Source: a virus | Direction: 5' to 3' (one strand) | Virus genome (UHGV): UHGV-0096888 | Length of the DNA stretch: 39,635 nt | Shown: positions 36,538 to 39,635 of the stretch, piece by piece | Layout: the number at the start of each line of letters is the position of its first letter | Numbering within the stretch: position 1 is the stretch's first letter | Program-made: the position numbers and the translations under genes | The notes under the pieces: model-generated | Databases searched by the model: none | What the model was told of the DNA's origin: nothing | Seen by the model: the letters and a program-made list of their open reading frames with translations, nothing else

Positions 36538-37236
36538 ATGAAACTAAGACTTGTTAAACAGGGAGACTTTTTAGGAACGAAGTGCGATTTTTATGTAAAT
36601 GAAACCGGTGATATCTTTATGAGCAGAACCCAGATAGGATACGCCTTGAAGTATAAAAATCCGAGCAAAGGTATAGAAGACATACATAACAGACACCATG
36701 ACCGACTTGACACCATGAGCGTAAAAGTTGACCCCCTCAGTTTGCAGGGGTCAAATCCACATTACAGGAATGGCGAAAGAGCCTATATGTATCCCGAAAA
36801 AGGAATATACGAAATCTGTAGGTATTCCAGGCAAAAGGTTGCTGGGGATTTTTATGATTGGGTTTATGATGTTATTCAGTCCATCAAAAAGAACGGTTAC
36901 TACATCGCTTCCGAGAAAGACGAGAAGTGGCTGGGAATCCGTCGTGAGACCAAAGAGGTACGCAAGGCCGAGACGGATCAGATCAAGTTATTCGTGGAGT
37001 ATGCGAGGGCACAGGGCAGCCAGCACGCAGACAGATATTATGTGTCGCTGACCAAGCTCATAAACCGCAGATTAGGCATAGAGAGCGGCGGGAGGGACAA
37101 GGCATACCAGAGGACGCTGATGCACTTAAAATCACTGGAAACGGTGGTGGAGCTGCATCTGGCTACGCTGATGGAGGAGGGGCTGCCGTACAAGGAGATA
37201 TATCAGGGCGTGAAAAAGTTTATCGAAGCGCTGTAG
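36538..37236 (+). CDS. BRO-N domain (antirepressor-like) protein
   Basis: MSRTQIGYALKYKNP...YPEKGIYEICRYSRQKVAGDFYDWVYDVIQSIKKNGYY. Confidence 0.85.
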   Translation: MKLRLVKQGDFLGTKCDFYVNETGDIFMSRTQIGYALKYKNPSKGIEDIHNRHHDRLDTMSVKVDPLSLQGSNPHYRNGERAYMYPEKGIYEICRYSRQKVAGDFYDWVYDVIQSIKKNGYYIASEKDEKWLGIRRETKEVRKAETDQIKLFVEYARAQGSQHADRYYVSLTKLINRRLGIESGGRDKAYQRTLMHLKSLETVVELHLATLMEEGLPYKEIYQGVKKFIEAL

Positions 37237-37284
37237 GAATCTCACGGCAGAAAATTCCGCTGCCAGTTTGAGTGGTAAGAAAAG

Positions 37285-37305
37285 GGCGGTCCGCTTGGGC
37301 CGCCT
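37285..37305 (+). repeat. Direct repeat / hairpin copy 1 flanking the XRE gene
   Basis: GGCGGTCCGCTTGGGCCGCCT; 19/21 identical to 37822-37842. Confidence 0.75.
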
Positions 37306-37418
37306 GAAAACATGATCTGTATGTTATAAAATTTGTAATTGAAGCCATACTACTACTGTGCTTTGATATATAAATTGTAATCAGTATTTTATGCTTTACT
37401 GTAAAAGAGGGAAAATAG

Positions 37419-37772
37419 TTGAAAAGATATGATCCGATGATGGTGGGAAAAAGAATTAGGAGACAACGGATAATAATGGGATTGACCCAGGAAGAAGTGG
37501 CTGAGAAGATTGAACGGTCATATAAGTACTATCAAGATATCGAGCGAGGGACATGTGGAATGTCGATTAATACAATACTTAGTATTGCAGAATGTCTTCA
37601 TATATCTATAGACTATTTAATCTTCGGAAATAATGAGAAAATTTTCCCCACCTTTAATGGTGAAGAAGAGCAACAAGCGCTTATCGATGCTTTGAGCAAA
37701 TGCAGTATTCATAAGAAAAAATATGCCTTAGAATTAATAAAAATATTTTTGAAGGCTTGTGATGAACAATAA
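37419..37772 (+). CDS. XRE-family HTH regulator (moron)
   Basis: VGKRIRRQRIIMGLTQEEVAEKIERSYKYYQDIERG...SIDYLIFG; AT-rich. Confidence 0.88.
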   Translation: MKRYDPMMVGKRIRRQRIIMGLTQEEVAEKIERSYKYYQDIERGTCGMSINTILSIAECLHISIDYLIFGNNEKIFPTFNGEEEQQALIDALSKCSIHKKKYALELIKIFLKACDEQ

Positions 37773-37821
37773 CGGGCGGCAGCTACCCCATGGTTCCGCC
37801 CTGCCTCCTCGGCATAATATA

Positions 37822-37842
37822 GGTGGTCCGCTTGGGCCTCCT
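37822..37842 (+). repeat. Direct repeat / hairpin copy 2 flanking the XRE gene
   Basis: GGTGGTCCGCTTGGGCCTCCT. Confidence 0.75.
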
Positions 37843-37876
37843 TACTTCTAATGGTGCTTCACGACCGTCGATTTTT

Positions 37877-38010
37877 AAAACACACCTCTTGCCAGAAGGT
37901 CACAGAAATGATATAATAAATTCGCTCGTATTATTTCATATATTTTTCTGGCGTATCAGAAGAGTATTCATGTAAAACCGCTCAGTATCCCCATACACTG
38001 AGCGGTTTTT
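37877..38010 (+). ncRNA. Second copy of the promoter + small RNA + terminator element
   Basis: TTGCCA-17bp-TATAAT (37889-37917), about 38/49 identity to 598-646, perfect 13-bp terminator stem AAAACCGCTCAGT/ACTGAGCGGTTTT. Confidence 0.55.
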
Positions 38011-38423
38011 GTGTGTAATTCATGTATAGGTGATCAGTAGTAGAGACACCTAAAATGATATGATAGAAGAAAGGCAAGACAATAAAGCCCCAGATTGCTC
38101 CGGGGCTATATCAGATTGTTATACACATCCAATCGGCTTAATGCGGTGAATTTTACAAAGGATAAAAATCATAAAATGACAGTTAGCACAGCTTACCACC
38201 GTTGTTAAAAAATTAAATTAAGGTATATATCACATCTCCATCTCCACTATCATTATATGTTGATAGAGAAAATGTGATACAATAAATTTCTTCTTTACAA
38301 AATGATATACGCGCGCTATAATAATTGTGTTTTTGCTTTTCTAACTTGCGGCTTAGCTGTATTGGCGGCCGCATTTTTTGTATACATAACTGCATAAATT
38401 TAGCAGAGTAGAGTAAAAAAGCG

Positions 38424-38516
38424 TTGATTTATTGAGAAAAAAGTGATATGATTTTTCCAGCAGCTCTTCTTTGCGGTCGTCCAGGTATATTTCCCCCATA
38501 TACCCGGGCGACTTTT
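38424..38516 (+). promoter_or_regulatory. Promoter plus short transcript ending in a strong hairpin
   Basis: TTGATT-17bp-TATGAT; hairpin GTCGTCCAGGTATAT/ATATACCCGGGCGAC-TTTT. Confidence 0.5.
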
Positions 38517-38547
38517 ATATGCGTATCTCACTACGTTACATCAGCCA

Positions 38548-38718
38548 TCATTTGGTGTCCGACGTTCGCTGTGTTAAAAACCACATAGCTAATATATCCA
38601 CATCGATTATCATTTGCGCCATCTCGCGGGTCTCCTGGTATTTTGTATTTTTAGCCATTTGGGCGTGCCGCTGGTAAGTTTCAATTATTTCAAAAAACAA
38701 TTCGACTGTTCTGTCCAT
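38548..38718 (-). CDS. Small hypothetical protein (56 aa) downstream of int, not in ORF track
   Basis: RBS GAAGGGGG; MDRTVELFFEIIETYQRHAQMAKNTKYQETREMAQMIIDVDILAMWFLTQRTSDTK. Confidence 0.6.
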   Translation of the reverse strand: MDRTVELFFEIIETYQRHAQMAKNTKYQETREMAQMIIDVDILAMWFLTQRTSDTK

Positions 38719-38746
38719 TTTTCCCCCTTCTTTCTTTATAATTATA

Positions 38747-38795
38747 TTTACCGGTAATTGATATTAACCGACCGGTTGATTAAGTTAATGGTAAA
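38747..38795. other. Candidate attP site
   Basis: Imperfect ~50-bp inverted repeat TTTACC...ATTAACCG[AC]CGGTTGAT...GGTAAA directly after the int stop. Confidence 0.45.
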
Positions 38796-38799
38796 ACAA

Positions 38800-39635
38800 C
38801 TACAAAAAAATAATCTGATATTTCCTGTTCCGCTCAACACTCCTTGATATACGGATTTCTTTGATAATTGACCGCCAGAAAGCCCTTTTTTCTTCATTAC
38901 TCAGTTTGTTGTAAATAACCTCAAAATTGCAGTCCAAGACCTGTTTAAGGGGTTCTAAATTCTTGATGGGCTGTTCTATGTCTGGAAGCGCCGCAAGTTG
39001 CTCCTCATATTCTATGCGGTCCTTTTTGTATTCATCTAAACTAATTACTTCATTTAGATATAAGTCTTTTAGTCGGTCTAACTTTCTGCGAAGTTTGTTC
39101 TTTTTGGCACGGTTATCAATTCTCTTTGTCTCCCCTGTCTCGAAATCTACCAGGTATCCGCTTAACTCTTCACGGACGTGCTCCAATAAGTATTCTTCAA
39201 TCCGCACTTCGCGAATTTCGCCTCCGTTACTGCATTTCTTGTATGTCCGGTATTGCAGGCATTCATAGGCCGGATATTTATACCGGTAAACCTTTCCGCT
39301 GGTTCTATGGCTTGTCACTTTGATGTGACAGCCGCACATTTTATGTCCGCATTGATCGCAGACCAAAATCCCAGAAAATATGTAAGGGTACTTCTGACTG
39401 GATCTGATAGTGCTGTTGGTGTCAAGGACACGTTGAATATCCTGATACATTTCATCAGAAATCAGCCGTGGACAGTAGGCATTGTTTCCGCGATAGCGAC
39501 CGGTGTATTTTTCGTTACGCAAAATACTGTTTTTTAAGTTCTGGATACTCATGATTATTCCGTGAGTCTCCCGCATGTAGTTTATCGTTTTGGCAAGTCC
39601 CTGTTCCCGATGGAAGTATTGAATACTATCCAACA
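38800..39635 (-). CDS. int: Large serine recombinase (integrase), C-terminal recombinase / zinc-ribbon / coiled-coil part
   Basis: LRNEKYTG...PRLISDEMY, FSGILVCDQCGHKM...YEC...KC zinc ribbon; in frame with 1-556 across the junction. Confidence 0.93.
   Translation of the reverse strand, partial: LDSIQYFHREQGLAKTINYMRETHGIIMSIQNLKNSILRNEKYTGRYRGNNAYCPRLISDEMYQDIQRVLDTNSTIRSSQKYPYIFSGILVCDQCGHKMCGCHIKVTSHRTSGKVYRYKYPAYECLQYRTYKKCSNGGEIREVRIEEYLLEHVREELSGYLVDFETGETKRIDNRAKKNKLRRKLDRLKDLYLNEVISLDEYKKDRIEYEEQLAALPDIEQPIKNLEPLKQVLDCNFEVIYNKLSNEEKRAFWRSIIKEIRISRSVERNRKYQIIFL

Larger units (their letters stand above)
1..39635. mobile_element. Temperate phage genome with contractile (PBSX/Xkd-like) tail, apparently complete and circular
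   Basis: Full set of lysogeny, replication, packaging, head, tail sheath/baseplate and lysis genes; integrase ORF is continuous across the two window ends. Confidence 0.95.

Noticed and set aside
38213..38395. 60-aa minus-strand ORF
   Set aside because: No RBS, AT-rich, overlaps promoter-like signals; probably non-coding or decayed

Overview
The window is an apparently complete ~39.6 kb temperate myovirus genome. Its gene content and sigma-A/RBS signals point to a Bacillota host, probably Clostridia/Lachnospiraceae (inference). It is circular or circularly permuted: the large serine integrase starts at 556 on the minus strand, runs off base 1 and continues in frame from base 39635. Module order is lysogeny (integrase, lipoprotein, ImmA-like protease, XRE repressor / Cro), recombination-replication (Gp157, AAA ATPase, SSB-like, CHC2 zinc finger, DUF927 helicase, iteron origin, resolvase, SF2 helicase, HNH), packaging and head, an Ig-domain cassette, a PBSX/Xkd-type contractile tail, tail fibre, lysis, and a short accessory region. 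The most notable observations are: (1) an invertible tail-fibre tip cassette giving two in-frame alternative C-termini, with no invertase in the genome; (2) a short degenerate motif at every junction of a small accessory-gene array; (3) two copies of a promoter-plus-sRNA element complementary to its own promoter; (4) a candidate -1 frameshift extending the SSB-like protein; (5) a LexA-boxed promoter antisense to cro; (6) a portal gene broken by an apparent 11-bp microhomology deletion. All family calls come from reading motifs by eye; no database search was run.
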